This document shows positions 30,391-41,069 of a stretch of 64,000 bases of DNA, one piece after another. The position numbers were made by a program, and so were the translations under genes. This stretch comes from an uncultured Acidobacteriota bacterium (GTDB lineage: Bacteria > Acidobacteriota > Vicinamibacteria > Fen-336): positions 2,080,001 to 2,144,000 of the forward strand of contig OY970399.1 in assembly GCA_963720545.1 (NCBI GenBank). Direction: 5' to 3'. The notes beneath the pieces are model-generated. The model was given only the letters and a program-made list of their open reading frames with translations. It ran no database searches and had not been told where the DNA came from. Each line of letters opens with the position of its first letter. The first letter of the stretch is position 1.

Positions 30391-31260
30391 ATGAAGATTC
30401 GCAAGGCGATCTTTCCGGCTGCGGGGCTCGGCACGCGCTTCCTGCCGGCCACCAAGGCGCAGCCGAAAGAGATGCTGCCGCTCGTCGACAAGCCCATCAT
30501 CCAGTACGTCGTCGAGGAGGCGGTCGCCTCCGGCATCACCAACATCATCATAGTGACCGGCCGCGGCAAAAACGCGATCGAGGACCACTTCGACGTCTCC
30601 TACGAACTCGAGAACATGCTGAAGGAGCGCAACAAGCTCGACCTGCTGAAGCAGGTGCAGGAAGTCTCGAGCATGATCAACATCTCCTACGTGCGCCAGG
30701 GCGAGACGCTGGGCCTCGGCCACGCCGTGCTGATGGCGCGGGACCTGGTCGGCGACGAGCCGTTCGCGGTGATGCTCGGCGACGACATCATCGACAGCGA
30801 CGTGCCGTGCATGAAGCAGATGATCGAGACCTTCAACGCCTACCAGAGCCCGGTGATCGCCGTGCAGCAGGTGCCGAAGGAGCAGATCTCGTCCTACGGC
30901 GTCATCAAGGGCACGGCCGAGGGCGGTTCGGGGCGCGTCTACCGCATCGAGGACCTGGTGGAGAAGCCGCGGGCCGAAGACGCGCCGTCCGACCTCGCCA
31001 TCATCGGGCGCTACATCCTGACGCCCGACATCTTCGAGGTGCTCGAGAAGACGGCGCGCGACGGGTCGGGCGAGGTGCAGCTGACGAACGGCCTGCGGGC
31101 GCTGCGCGAGACGCGCGCGCTCTACGGGCACCGTTTCGAGGGTGTGCGCCACGACGCCGGCAACAAGCTCGGCTTCCTGATCGCGACGGTGGAGTTCGCC
31201 TTGAAGCGCGACGACCTCGGCGAGCCGTTCCGCCGCTACCTGAAGGGCCTGAAGCTGTAG
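30391..31260 (+). CDS. galU: UTP--glucose-1-phosphate uridylyltransferase
   Basis: AAGLGTRFLPATKAQPKEMLP, GLGHAV, VEKP, GRYIL. Confidence 0.97.
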   Translation: MKIRKAIFPAAGLGTRFLPATKAQPKEMLPLVDKPIIQYVVEEAVASGITNIIIVTGRGKNAIEDHFDVSYELENMLKERNKLDLLKQVQEVSSMINISYVRQGETLGLGHAVLMARDLVGDEPFAVMLGDDIIDSDVPCMKQMIETFNAYQSPVIAVQQVPKEQISSYGVIKGTAEGGSGRVYRIEDLVEKPRAEDAPSDLAIIGRYILTPDIFEVLEKTARDGSGEVQLTNGLRALRETRALYGHRFEGVRHDAGNKLGFLIATVEFALKRDDLGEPFRRYLKGLKL

Positions 31261-31266
31261 GCGCCG

Positions 31267-31621
31267 CTACTTCGCCTTGGCGGCGGCGCTGCTCTTGCCC
31301 GCCGGCTTCGAATCCTTCGGTTTCGACTCCGCTTTGGCGGGAGCCGATTCGGCCTTGGCGTCAGACTTGCCTTCGAGACTTGCCTTCGGACTTGCCCTCC
31401 GACTGCGCCCCACCGGCCTCGGCCTTCGCCTCGCGCGCCTTGTCCTTGCCGGCGTAGTCGGTGACGTACCAGCCGGCGCCCTTGAACTGGATGGCGGGCG
31501 CCGAAGCCTGCTTCACCACCGCGCGGCCACAGGTCGGGCACTTCCTGAGCGGGGCGTCTGAAAACTTGCGGATCTTCTCGAACAGCCCGCATTTGGGACA
31601 GAGGTACTCGTAGAGCGGCAC
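31267..31621 (-). CDS. FmdB family zinc-ribbon protein with Lys/Ala/Ser-rich tail (apparent +1 frameshift at 31376)
   Basis: MPLYEYLCPKCG...CPTCG...FKGAGWYVTDY; the EGKS repeats continue in another frame to the TAG at 31267. Confidence 0.88.
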
Positions 31622-31652
31622 GCCTGCAATTGTAGGCCCGAACCCGGTGACG

Positions 31653-34319
31653 TCAGTGGACGGCCGCCCAGTTGGCGCCGAGGCGCGCGTCCACGCGCAG
31701 CGGCACGTCGAGCGCCATGGCGTGCTCCATCTTGTCCTTGACGAGCGCCATCGCCTGTTCGCTCTCGCCCTGCGGCACCTCGAGCAGCAGCTCGTCGTGG
31801 ATCTGCAGGATGAGGCGCGTGCGCAGCCCGCTGCGCTGCAGCTCCGCATCGACGTCGATCATTGCCTTCTTGATGAGGTCGGCGGCCGAGCCCTGCACGG
31901 GTGTGTTCATCGCCTGGCGCTCGGCCTCCATGCGGACCTGGAAGTTCTTCGAGTTGATGTCGGGCAGGCGCCGCAGGCGGCCCAGCAGGGTGCGCACCAT
32001 GCCGCTCTTGCGCGCCGCCGCCAGCGTGTCGTCGATGAAGCCGCGCACCTGCGGGTAGCGGTCGAAGTAGGCGCCGATGAAGCGCTCGGCTTCCTTTTGC
32101 GGCACGCCGATGTCCTTCGCCAGCGTGAAGGCGGTCTTGCCGTAGAGGAGCGCGTAGTTGACCATCTTCGAGATGCGGCGCTGCTCGGCGGCCGGCATGG
32201 TCGAGAACGGACCGAACACCTCGCGCGAGGTGCGGTCGTGGACGTCCTCGTCACGGTGGAAGGTGTCGATGAGGGTCTCGTCCTGCGAGAGGTGTGCCAG
32301 CACCCGCAGCTCGATCTGGCTGTAGTCGGCCGAGAGCAGCACGTGGCCGGGCTCGGCGACGAACGCCTCGCGGATGCGCTTGCCCTCGGCGGTGCGGATC
32401 GGCACGTTCTGCAGGTTCGGGTCGCTCATCGACAGGCGGCCGGTGGCGGCGACCGTCTGGTTGAAGGTCGCGTGAATGCGGCCGGTCGCCTTGTCCACCA
32501 GCAGCGGCAGCGCATCGACATAGGTGGACTTCAGCTTCTGCACCTGGCGGTAGTCGAGGATCTTGCGCGGCAGCTCGTGGCTCAGCGCCAGCTCCTCGAG
32601 CACGTCTTCCGCGGTGGACGCGGCGCGCGTCTTGGCGGTCTTCTTCGCCGAGCGCAGGCCGAGGCGGTCGAACAGGATCTCGCGCAGCTGGATGGGCGAG
32701 TTGATGTTGAACTCGCCCTTGGCAAGCGAATAGATGTCGCGCGTCAGCACCACCAGCTGGCTGTCCATGTCGCGGCTCATGGCCGCAAGGTGCGCGACGT
32801 CCACCTTGACGCCGCACGCTTCCATGCGGCACAGAATCTGCGCCAGCGGCAGTTCCATGTTGCGGTAGACGTCGCCGAGGCCCTCCGCGTCGATGCGCGG
32901 CGTGAGCACGTTCGCGAGCCGGTCGATGACCGCGGCCGCCTCGCCGGCGGCACGCGCGGCGTGCGAAGCCTCGGCGCCCTCGGGAAGCACGAGATTGTCG
33001 ATGTTGGCCGGACGCTCGCCGAGATACTCGGCGGCCAGGTCGCCGAGGCCCTGCGCACGGCGGCCGGGGGCGAGAAGATAGGCGGCGATCTGCACGTCCA
33101 CCGCGACGCCGCGCAGGCTGATGCCGCGCCGCGACAACGCCAGTGTGTCGGATTTGCTGTTGAAGCAGCGCTTGGCGATCGCCTCCTCGGCGAGAGCCGG
33201 ACCGAGGGCCGAGAGCACCGCCTCCTCCTCGAGGCCCTCGCCGAGCAGCGAATGGTCGCGAAACGGCACGTAGGCGGGCGTCCTGTCCGCGGCCTGCGCC
33301 GCCACACCGCGCAGCTTCATGCGCGAGGCGGACGCCTGGTCGCCGAGGAGAGCGAGTGTCAGCGCGGGTGCCGCGCGCAACTCCGCGGCGAGCGCGTCGA
33401 GCGCGGCGCTGTCCGAGACGAGCCGCGCGTCGACCGCCTTCACCAGGTGTTCGGGTGCGAATTCCTTCGCGAGCACCATGAACTCGAGCTCGGTGAAGAG
33501 GCTGTGCGCCAGTTCCTTGTCGGGTTCGACGCGGCGCATCAGCTCGGCGTTGAAGCTGACCGGCGCGTCGACTCGCAGCGTCACCAGTTCCTTCGAGAGG
33601 AGCGCCATGTCGCGATGCTGCTCCAGGCCCTCGCGGTAGGCCTTGCGCTTCACCGCCGCGGCGTTCTCGAGCACCGCCTCGAGGCTGCCGAACTCCTTGA
33701 TGAGGTCGCGAGCGCCCTTCTCGCCGATGCCGGGAATGCCGGGGACGTTGTCGACCGCGTCGCCCACGAGTGCCAGCACGTCCACCACGCGCGCCGGCGG
33801 GACGCCGAACTTCTCTTCCACCACCGTCTGGTCGTAGAGGGTCGCGCCGACGCCGTCGCGGCCGGGGTTCAGCACCCGAATGTCGTCGTCCACCAGCTGC
33901 AGCAGGTCCTTGTCGCCGGTGACGATCACGACCGCGAAGCCCGCGCGCACCGCCTGGCGCGCCAGTGTCGCGATGACGTCGTCGGCCTCGAACCCGGGCA
34001 GGTCGATGATCGGGATGCGAAACGCCTCGCAGACGCGGCGCACGTACGGCACCTGCACCGCGAGGTCGTCGTCCATGCGCCGGCGGTTCGCCTTGTAGTC
34101 CGCGTACTGCTCGTGGCGGAAAGTGCGCCCGGCAACGTCGAAACTGATGGCGACGTACTCCGGGTTCTCGTCGCTGAGCAGCTTGCGCAGCATGGTGGTG
34201 AAGCCGTAGGTCGCGTTGGTCGGCAGGCCGCGGCTCGTCGCCAATCCGCGGATCGCGAAGTAGGCGCGATGGAACTGGGCGCTGCCGTCAATAAGATGGA
34301 CCTTGGCTGGCGCGGGCAT
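31653..34319 (-). CDS. polA: DNA polymerase I
   Basis: 5'-3' exo (LIDG, FEADD, GDKD, GIGEK), TGRLS, NLQN, DYSQIELR, NTPVQGSAAD, QIHDE. Confidence 0.98.
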   Translation of the reverse strand: MPAPAKVHLIDGSAQFHRAYFAIRGLATSRGLPTNATYGFTTMLRKLLSDENPEYVAISFDVAGRTFRHEQYADYKANRRRMDDDLAVQVPYVRRVCEAFRIPIIDLPGFEADDVIATLARQAVRAGFAVVIVTGDKDLLQLVDDDIRVLNPGRDGVGATLYDQTVVEEKFGVPPARVVDVLALVGDAVDNVPGIPGIGEKGARDLIKEFGSLEAVLENAAAVKRKAYREGLEQHRDMALLSKELVTLRVDAPVSFNAELMRRVEPDKELAHSLFTELEFMVLAKEFAPEHLVKAVDARLVSDSAALDALAAELRAAPALTLALLGDQASASRMKLRGVAAQAADRTPAYVPFRDHSLLGEGLEEEAVLSALGPALAEEAIAKRCFNSKSDTLALSRRGISLRGVAVDVQIAAYLLAPGRRAQGLGDLAAEYLGERPANIDNLVLPEGAEASHAARAAGEAAAVIDRLANVLTPRIDAEGLGDVYRNMELPLAQILCRMEACGVKVDVAHLAAMSRDMDSQLVVLTRDIYSLAKGEFNINSPIQLREILFDRLGLRSAKKTAKTRAASTAEDVLEELALSHELPRKILDYRQVQKLKSTYVDALPLLVDKATGRIHATFNQTVAATGRLSMSDPNLQNVPIRTAEGKRIREAFVAEPGHVLLSADYSQIELRVLAHLSQDETLIDTFHRDEDVHDRTSREVFGPFSTMPAAEQRRISKMVNYALLYGKTAFTLAKDIGVPQKEAERFIGAYFDRYPQVRGFIDDTLAAARKSGMVRTLLGRLRRLPDINSKNFQVRMEAERQAMNTPVQGSAADLIKKAMIDVDAELQRSGLRTRLILQIHDELLLEVPQGESEQAMALVKDKMEHAMALDVPLRVDARLGANWAAVH

Positions 34320-34354
34320 TTGCGGGGACCTTGATCTTATAATCCACGGCGCCC

Positions 34355-35077
34355 ATGAGGGTTCTTGCCGCGGCCTCCCTGTTCCTCCTCCTAGCCCTGC
34401 GCGGCTGCACCACCTACGAGTTCGACCACGAGTTCTGGCTGCGCGTGGACGGCACCGGCGACGTCAGCGTCACCGGCCGCCCGGAGCTGTGGGCCGAGTT
34501 CAAGGGACTGCGCTCGCCGGTCGCGGACACCGGGGCGATGGGCGAGGAAGCGCGGCGCTTGTTCGAGTCGGCCGGCCTCGAAGTGCGCCGCGTGACCGTG
34601 ACGCGCCGCGGCGGCCATCCCTACATCTTCCTCAGCGCGCGCTTCCAGGACGTCAACAAGCTGAGCGGTTCGCCCGCCTTCCCCGACATTCTGGGGCTCG
34701 GCATGGCGCGCGAACCCGGCAAGCTGCGGGTCTACGGCAAGTGGCTGCGCCCCGGCGCCGCGTCGGCATCCGCCGCGCCCGCGGCCGCTGCAGCGAACGT
34801 CGCCGGACTGGTGGCGGTGCGCGTGCACTTGCCGGCGAAGGTTTTCGAGCATCGCAACGCGGTCGACGGCCTCGAGCGCGGCAACATCGTCTCGTGGCGC
34901 GAGACGGTTGCCGAGAGCCTGCAGGGACAACCACTCGAATTCGGCTTCCTCATCGGCGATCGCAGCATCCTGCTGTCGACGGTGGGCTTGTTTGCCGGCG
35001 CGATCATCCTGGGCCTGGGCCTTCTCGGCCTGGCGCTCTACATGACGGCGCGGCGAGGGCGGAAGAAAACCGGCTGA
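34355..35077 (+). CDS. Hypothetical lipoprotein/membrane-anchored protein
   Basis: N-terminal hydrophobic segment with LRGC, C-terminal TM helix; TATAAT upstream. Confidence 0.75.
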   Translation: MRVLAAASLFLLLALRGCTTYEFDHEFWLRVDGTGDVSVTGRPELWAEFKGLRSPVADTGAMGEEARRLFESAGLEVRRVTVTRRGGHPYIFLSARFQDVNKLSGSPAFPDILGLGMAREPGKLRVYGKWLRPGAASASAAPAAAAANVAGLVAVRVHLPAKVFEHRNAVDGLERGNIVSWRETVAESLQGQPLEFGFLIGDRSILLSTVGLFAGAIILGLGLLGLALYMTARRGRKKTG

Positions 35078-35092
35078 TATGATTGGAAATAA

Positions 35093-36580
<1,488 letters not shown>

Positions 36581-36596
36581 AAGAGGGAAGGCCCCG

Positions 36597-37352
36597 CTGA
36601 GCGCGGAGATCGGTCCATTCGCCGCGAGCCTGCTGCTCGGCGCCGCGGCGGCCGCCGCCAACCTGTTCGGCGGCTACGTGGTCACGCGCCGCAAGCACTG
36701 GAACGAGATTTTCCTCAAGTATTTCATCGGCCTCGGCGCCGGCTTCATGCTGGCGGCGGTGTTCCTGCGGCTCCTGCCCGAGAGCATGGCGCTGTCGCCG
36801 CATGCCCCGGCGCTGATGCTCGGCGGCTACTTCCTGGTGCACTTCTTCGAGCACACGATCGCACCGCACTTCCACTTCGGCGAGGAGACACACGGCGAGC
36901 TGATGCTGAACCCCGCGGTCGCGTGGTCGGCGCTCACCGGCCTCACCATCCACACCTTCTTCGACGGCGTCTCGATCGCCTCGGGGTTCCTGGTCTCGAT
37001 GTCGCTCGGGGTGCTGATCTTCGTGGCGGTCGCGCTGCACAAGATTCCCGAGGGCTTCACGGTCGCCTCGATTGCCCTGGCTTCGGGCCGCGGCAATCGC
37101 GGCGCCTGGACCGCCACCTGGGTGCTGGCGAGCGCCACCCTGCTGGGCGTCCTGGTGATGCACTATTTCGCCGCGGCCGTCAGCTATGCGCTGCCGCTCT
37201 CCACCGGGGTCACGTTGTACGTGGCGGCGAGCGACCTCATCCCCGAGGTGAACGAGGAGCGGGGCCTGCGCATGGCGGCGGTGGTGTTCGTCGGCGTCGC
37301 CTTGTTCGCGGTGTCGTCGCTGCTGCTCTCTGCCCTGGGCGCCTCCGCCTGA
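36597..37352 (+). CDS. ZIP family metal transporter (probable CTG start)
   Basis: HTFFDG, LHKIPEG, LYVAASDLIPE, HFHFGEETH loop; the first TM lies upstream of the first GTG (36678). Confidence 0.88.
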   Translation: MSAEIGPFAASLLLGAAAAAANLFGGYVVTRRKHWNEIFLKYFIGLGAGFMLAAVFLRLLPESMALSPHAPALMLGGYFLVHFFEHTIAPHFHFGEETHGELMLNPAVAWSALTGLTIHTFFDGVSIASGFLVSMSLGVLIFVAVALHKIPEGFTVASIALASGRGNRGAWTATWVLASATLLGVLVMHYFAAAVSYALPLSTGVTLYVAASDLIPEVNEERGLRMAAVVFVGVALFAVSSLLLSALGASA

Positions 37353-37356
37353 CTTC

Positions 37357-37385
37357 TTGCGCCCTTCCAGCAGATGTTGTAGCTT
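37357..37385 (+). promoter_or_regulatory. Putative sigma70 promoter for the TPR lipoprotein gene
   Basis: TTGCGC-N17-TAGCTT in an AT-richer intergenic segment. Confidence 0.5.
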
Positions 37386-37441
37386 TTCCACTTCGCAGCG
37401 ATAACTTCCTTTCGATTCAATCTCTTTCGGGAGTAAGACCG

Positions 37442-38467
37442 ATGAAGCACCGTGTCTCCTTGACGGGTCTCTCCTTCCTGATCGTTGCTGCCATCGGCTT
37501 CGCGGGCTGCTCCAGCATCCAGGCGCGCCAGGCCTTGAAGGATGGCAACAAGCTCTACAAGGAAGAAAACTTCCGGAAGGCCATCGAGAAATACGACCGC
37601 GCCCTCGAGCTGGAGCCGGCGAACGCCCCGGCGGCGTTCTACCGCGCGAGCTCCTACCAGGCGCTCTACCGGCCCGGCCGCACCGACATTCCCGACAACA
37701 AGTCGCGCCTCGATACGGCCATCGAGGGCTACAAGAGCGTCGTCAATTCCGCCGGCACCACCGAGGACGACAAGCAGGTGAAGGCCAACGCGCTGGCGGC
37801 GCTCACCGGCATCTACGCCGAGGACCCGTACCGCAACTACGACAGCGCCGTGGAGTACGCGAACCAGCTGGTGTCGCAAAACCCCAACGATGCCAAGTTC
37901 CTGCTGGCGATGGCCAACCTCTACGAGCGTTTCGAGCGCACCGCCGAGGCGGAATCGGTCTACAAGAAGATCCGCGAGCTGTATCCGAACGACGCCGCGC
38001 TCTGCTCGCACGTCGCCGGCTTCTACAACAAGCCGCTTTGGTCCGACCCGTCCGGGCGCAACGCCGACGGCAAGACCTCGCGCTTCGAGGACGCCATCAC
38101 CACCCTGAAGGCCTGCGCCGAGCTGGCACCGCAGGATCCGGGCGGCTTCCACAAGGTGGCGGTCTTCTACTGGGACAAGGCCTACCGCGACGCCTCGCTC
38201 GACCCCAAGCAGCGCGACGCCTACGCGGTCGCCGGCCTCGAGTACGCCGACAAGGCGCTGTCCCTCAAGCCCGACTACTTCGAGGCGGTGGTGTTCAAGA
38301 ACCTGCTCTACCGCGTGCGCGCCTCGGCCACCACCGACCCCCGTCAGCGCACGGGCTATCTCGACGAGGCCGAGAAGTACCAGAAGCTCGGCATCGAGCT
38401 GAAGAAGCAGCAGCAGGAAGCCGCCGCCCAGCAGGCGGCGCTGAAACCGGCCTCGCCCGCTTCTTAA
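37442..38467 (+). CDS. TPR-repeat lipoprotein
   Basis: GGAG SD; lipobox FAGC; multiple TPRs. Confidence 0.87.
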   Translation: MKHRVSLTGLSFLIVAAIGFAGCSSIQARQALKDGNKLYKEENFRKAIEKYDRALELEPANAPAAFYRASSYQALYRPGRTDIPDNKSRLDTAIEGYKSVVNSAGTTEDDKQVKANALAALTGIYAEDPYRNYDSAVEYANQLVSQNPNDAKFLLAMANLYERFERTAEAESVYKKIRELYPNDAALCSHVAGFYNKPLWSDPSGRNADGKTSRFEDAITTLKACAELAPQDPGGFHKVAVFYWDKAYRDASLDPKQRDAYAVAGLEYADKALSLKPDYFEAVVFKNLLYRVRASATTDPRQRTGYLDEAEKYQKLGIELKKQQQEAAAQQAALKPASPAS

Positions 38468-38471
38468 CGTC

Positions 38472-38498
38472 ATGGCACGGGCGAAGCCCGTGCCATTT
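38472..38498 (+). terminator. Intrinsic terminator-like hairpin
   Basis: ATGGCACGGGC-GAA-GCCCGTGCCAT perfect 11-bp stem directly after the stop codon, short T tail. Confidence 0.7.
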
Positions 38499-38499
38499 C

Positions 38500-38635
38500 C
38501 GTTGCCGATCTGCTTTTAGACGCTTCCCTGTTGTCGTTGCCGTTGTTTGCGGCCGTTGCCGTTCCCCAGGCGGTAGTCCGTTGCCGTTTGTCCTGCCGTT
38601 CCCCAGGCGGTAGCCCGTTTGTCGATCTGCTGTTC
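38500..38635. repeat. REP-like repeats left of the YciI gene
   Basis: GCCGTTCCCCAGGCGGTAG twice, GTTGCC iterations, GATCTGCT twice. Confidence 0.75.
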
Positions 38636-38646
38636 TCCCATTCGAC
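38620..38646 (+). promoter_or_regulatory. ECF42-type sigma promoter
   Basis: TGTCGA-N17-CGAC, 20 nt before a DGPF-motif gene. Confidence 0.65.
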
Positions 38647-38665
38647 GGGTCCATGAGGGGGAACG

Positions 38666-39070
38666 ATGCGCTACATGATCATGGTCAAGGGCAGCGCCGA
38701 CTCCGAGGCCTGCAAGATGCCCGAGCAGGCGCTCGTGGACGCCATGGTGGCCTACCACGAGGAGCTGGCGAGGGCCGGGGTGCTGCTCGACGGCTCGGGC
38801 CTGCAGCCGTCCTCCAGGGGCGCGAGGATCCGCTATGCGGGCGCCCGCCGCACGGTCATAGACGGCCCATTCGCCGAGGCCAAGGAGCTGGTGGCCGGCT
38901 ACACCCTCATCCAGGTGAAGTCGCATGAGGAAGCCATGGAATGGGCCATGCGCTTCCCCAACCCCATGGGCGAGAACGCGGATGCCGAGATCGAGATCCG
39001 GCCGTTGAACGACGTGGAAGACGTGGTGCAGGGCGAAGACGCCGAGCGGTTCAGGAAGCTCGGACTGTGA
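38666..39070 (+). CDS. YciI/DGPF family protein
   Basis: MRYMIMVK, GLQPSS, VIDGPFAEAKELVAGY, EIEIRP. Confidence 0.92.
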   Translation: MRYMIMVKGSADSEACKMPEQALVDAMVAYHEELARAGVLLDGSGLQPSSRGARIRYAGARRTVIDGPFAEAKELVAGYTLIQVKSHEEAMEWAMRFPNPMGENADAEIEIRPLNDVEDVVQGEDAERFRKLGL

Positions 39071-39079
39071 GGCCCAATC

Positions 39080-39309
39080 GTTGCCCCGAGGAGCTCAACG
39101 CGGGCCTGCGACCAGGGATCCACTGTGTCCGGACACAGTAACAGCAGATCGGGAACGGACGCGGACGCAAGCGCCCGGGGAACGGACTAACGGAAATCGA
39201 CGGATTGGATGGGGACGGGAGCCAATCCGTCGATGATGAGCAAGCGCCTGGGGAACGGACTCACGGAAATCGACGGATTGGACGCGAACGACCGCCAATC
39301 CGTCGATGA
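39080..39309. repeat. REP/BIME-like mosaic right of the YciI gene
   Basis: Module shared with the 8 kb cluster including ACTGTGTCCGGACACAGT; 73-bp tandem unit (39167, 39240), each with a 13-bp stem ATCGACGGATTGG/CCAATCCGTCGAT. Confidence 0.85.
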
Positions 39310-39795
39310 CTACTGCGAAGGCGGCTGGTTGGCGGCGGCGGCGGCGGCGTTGGCCTCGTCGTTGATGATGCCGATGCGCTCGACGCCCGCGCCCTTGGCC
39401 GAGTCCATCGCGTCCACCACGGTGCCGTACTTCACCTTGCCGTCGGCGCGCACGAACATGGTCTTGTCGGACTTGGTCTGGAAGATGTCGCGCAGCCGGC
39501 CCTCGAGCTCTTCCCTGGTCACCGGCGCCTTGTTGACGCTCAGGTTGCTGCTCGCGTCGATGTCGAGCACCACCGTCTGGTTGTTGTTCGGTGGCGGCGG
39601 CGTGGTGTCCTTGTTGTCGGCGGGCAGTGCGATGTCGAGCCCGCGCGGCGACAGCGGGGTCACCAGCATGAAGATGATGAGCAGCACCAGCATGACGTCG
39701 ATGAGCGGCGTGATGTTGATGTCCGACTTGGCGGCGCCGGCCGAGACCTTGCCGCCTTCGTGGGCGTGGACGGCCTTTTCTTTCTTGTGGGCCAT
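39310..39795 (-). CDS. exbD: ExbD/TolR family protein
   Basis: INITPLIDVMLVLLIIFM, FVRAD, YGTVVDAMD. Confidence 0.93.
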   Translation of the reverse strand: MAHKKEKAVHAHEGGKVSAGAAKSDINITPLIDVMLVLLIIFMLVTPLSPRGLDIALPADNKDTTPPPPNNNQTVVLDIDASSNLSVNKAPVTREELEGRLRDIFQTKSDKTMFVRADGKVKYGTVVDAMDSAKGAGVERIGIINDEANAAAAAANQPPSQ

Positions 39796-39798
39796 CGC

Positions 39799-40236
39799 TT
39801 AACCCTGGACCTTCTTGTCGGTGATGAGGGCGATGTCTTCGACGCCGGCCTTGTGCAGCAGGTCCATGACCTTCAGCACCTCCACGTAGTCGAGGTTGAC
39901 GTCGCACTTCAACTGCACGGTCTTCTGGTCCTCGGTCGCCTCTTCGAGGCGTGACTTGATCTGCTCGGCCAGCTCGGTCTCGGGGTTGGGGACGACCTTG
40001 CCGCCCAGGTACACCGTGTGGTTGGCGTCGTTTCGGACCGTGACCTGGATCGTCTTCTGCTCTTCCTTCTTCTCCTTCGTGTTGGCAGCCACGGGGAGCT
40101 TCACGTCGACACCCTTCTGCAGCAGGGGCGTGATGACCATGAAGATGATGAGCAGCACGATCATGATGTCCGCCATCGGTGTGACGTTGATGTCGGCGAT
40201 CGCGCCGCTCTTGTTGTCGCCAACGGCCATGGACAT
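39799..40236 (-). CDS. exbD: ExbD/TolR family protein
   Basis: INVTPMADIMIVLLIIFMV. Confidence 0.92.
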   Translation of the reverse strand: MSMAVGDNKSGAIADINVTPMADIMIVLLIIFMVITPLLQKGVDVKLPVAANTKEKKEEQKTIQVTVRNDANHTVYLGGKVVPNPETELAEQIKSRLEEATEDQKTVQLKCDVNLDYVEVLKVMDLLHKAGVEDIALITDKKVQG

Positions 40237-40334
40237 GGCAGTTACCTCTTCCTAGTCTTCTCTTGCCGCCCCGCCTTTTTGCGGGGTCCCCCAGGAGGAA
40301 CGAGGGAGCCCGCGCACGGGAGCGGCCGCTGCTG

Positions 40335-41018
40335 TTAGGCCGTCTTCTTGATGAAGTAGTCGAGCAGCTCGGAGCTGGAGTTATCCATCTCGATGCCGAA
40401 GCTCTCGACCTTGCCGGTCAGGTAGTTGTACGCCCAGACCGCGGGCACCGCCACGAACAGGCCGAATGCGGTGGTGATGAGCGCCTCGGCGATACCGGCC
40501 GAGATGGCGGCGATGCCGCCCGAACCGGTGAGCGCCATGCCCTGGAAGGCGTTGATGATGCCGAAGGTGGTGCCGAACAGGCCGACGAACGGCGCCGTCG
40601 AGCCGACGGTGGCGAGGCCGGAGAGGCCGCGCTTGAGGTCGGCGATGTTGACCGCGGTGGCGCGCTGGATGGCACGCTTGGCGGCGTCGACCGCGCTGTC
40701 CTTGTCGCGGCTCGCTTCACCGGACTCCGACTGGTACTGCCATTCCTGCAGGCCCGAGAGCAGCACCTTGGCGAGGTGCGACTGCTTCACGCCGGCGCCG
40801 CGCGACGCGTCGACCGCTTCCTTGATCTTGCCGGCCTTCAGCAGGCGGGCGACCTCGGGGGCGTACTTGCGCGACTGGGCGGTCGCCGCGCGGAACGTCC
40901 ACCAGCGCTCGAACATGACTGCGATGGAATAGATGGACATGATCAGGAGCGTAAAGACAACGCCCTTTGCGACCCACCCCATGCTGATCCACATCTCCGA
41001 AATACTGAAGTGACCCAT
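40335..41018 (-). CDS. exbB: MotA/TolQ/ExbB proton channel protein
   Basis: LATVGSTAPFVGLFGT, GIAEALITTAFGLFVAVPA. Confidence 0.93.
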   Translation of the reverse strand: MGHFSISEMWISMGWVAKGVVFTLLIMSIYSIAVMFERWWTFRAATAQSRKYAPEVARLLKAGKIKEAVDASRGAGVKQSHLAKVLLSGLQEWQYQSESGEASRDKDSAVDAAKRAIQRATAVNIADLKRGLSGLATVGSTAPFVGLFGTTFGIINAFQGMALTGSGGIAAISAGIAEALITTAFGLFVAVPAVWAYNYLTGKVESFGIEMDNSSSELLDYFIKKTA

Positions 41019-41069
41019 GCGTCCTCCTGGTCTTGTCCGTCCGTGATGAGGCTAGCTTATAAGCGTTCG

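Noticed and set aside
39167..39309. CRISPR-like repeat-spacer pattern
   Set aside because: Only two units, the variable part is a 13-nt hairpin loop, and there are no cas genes
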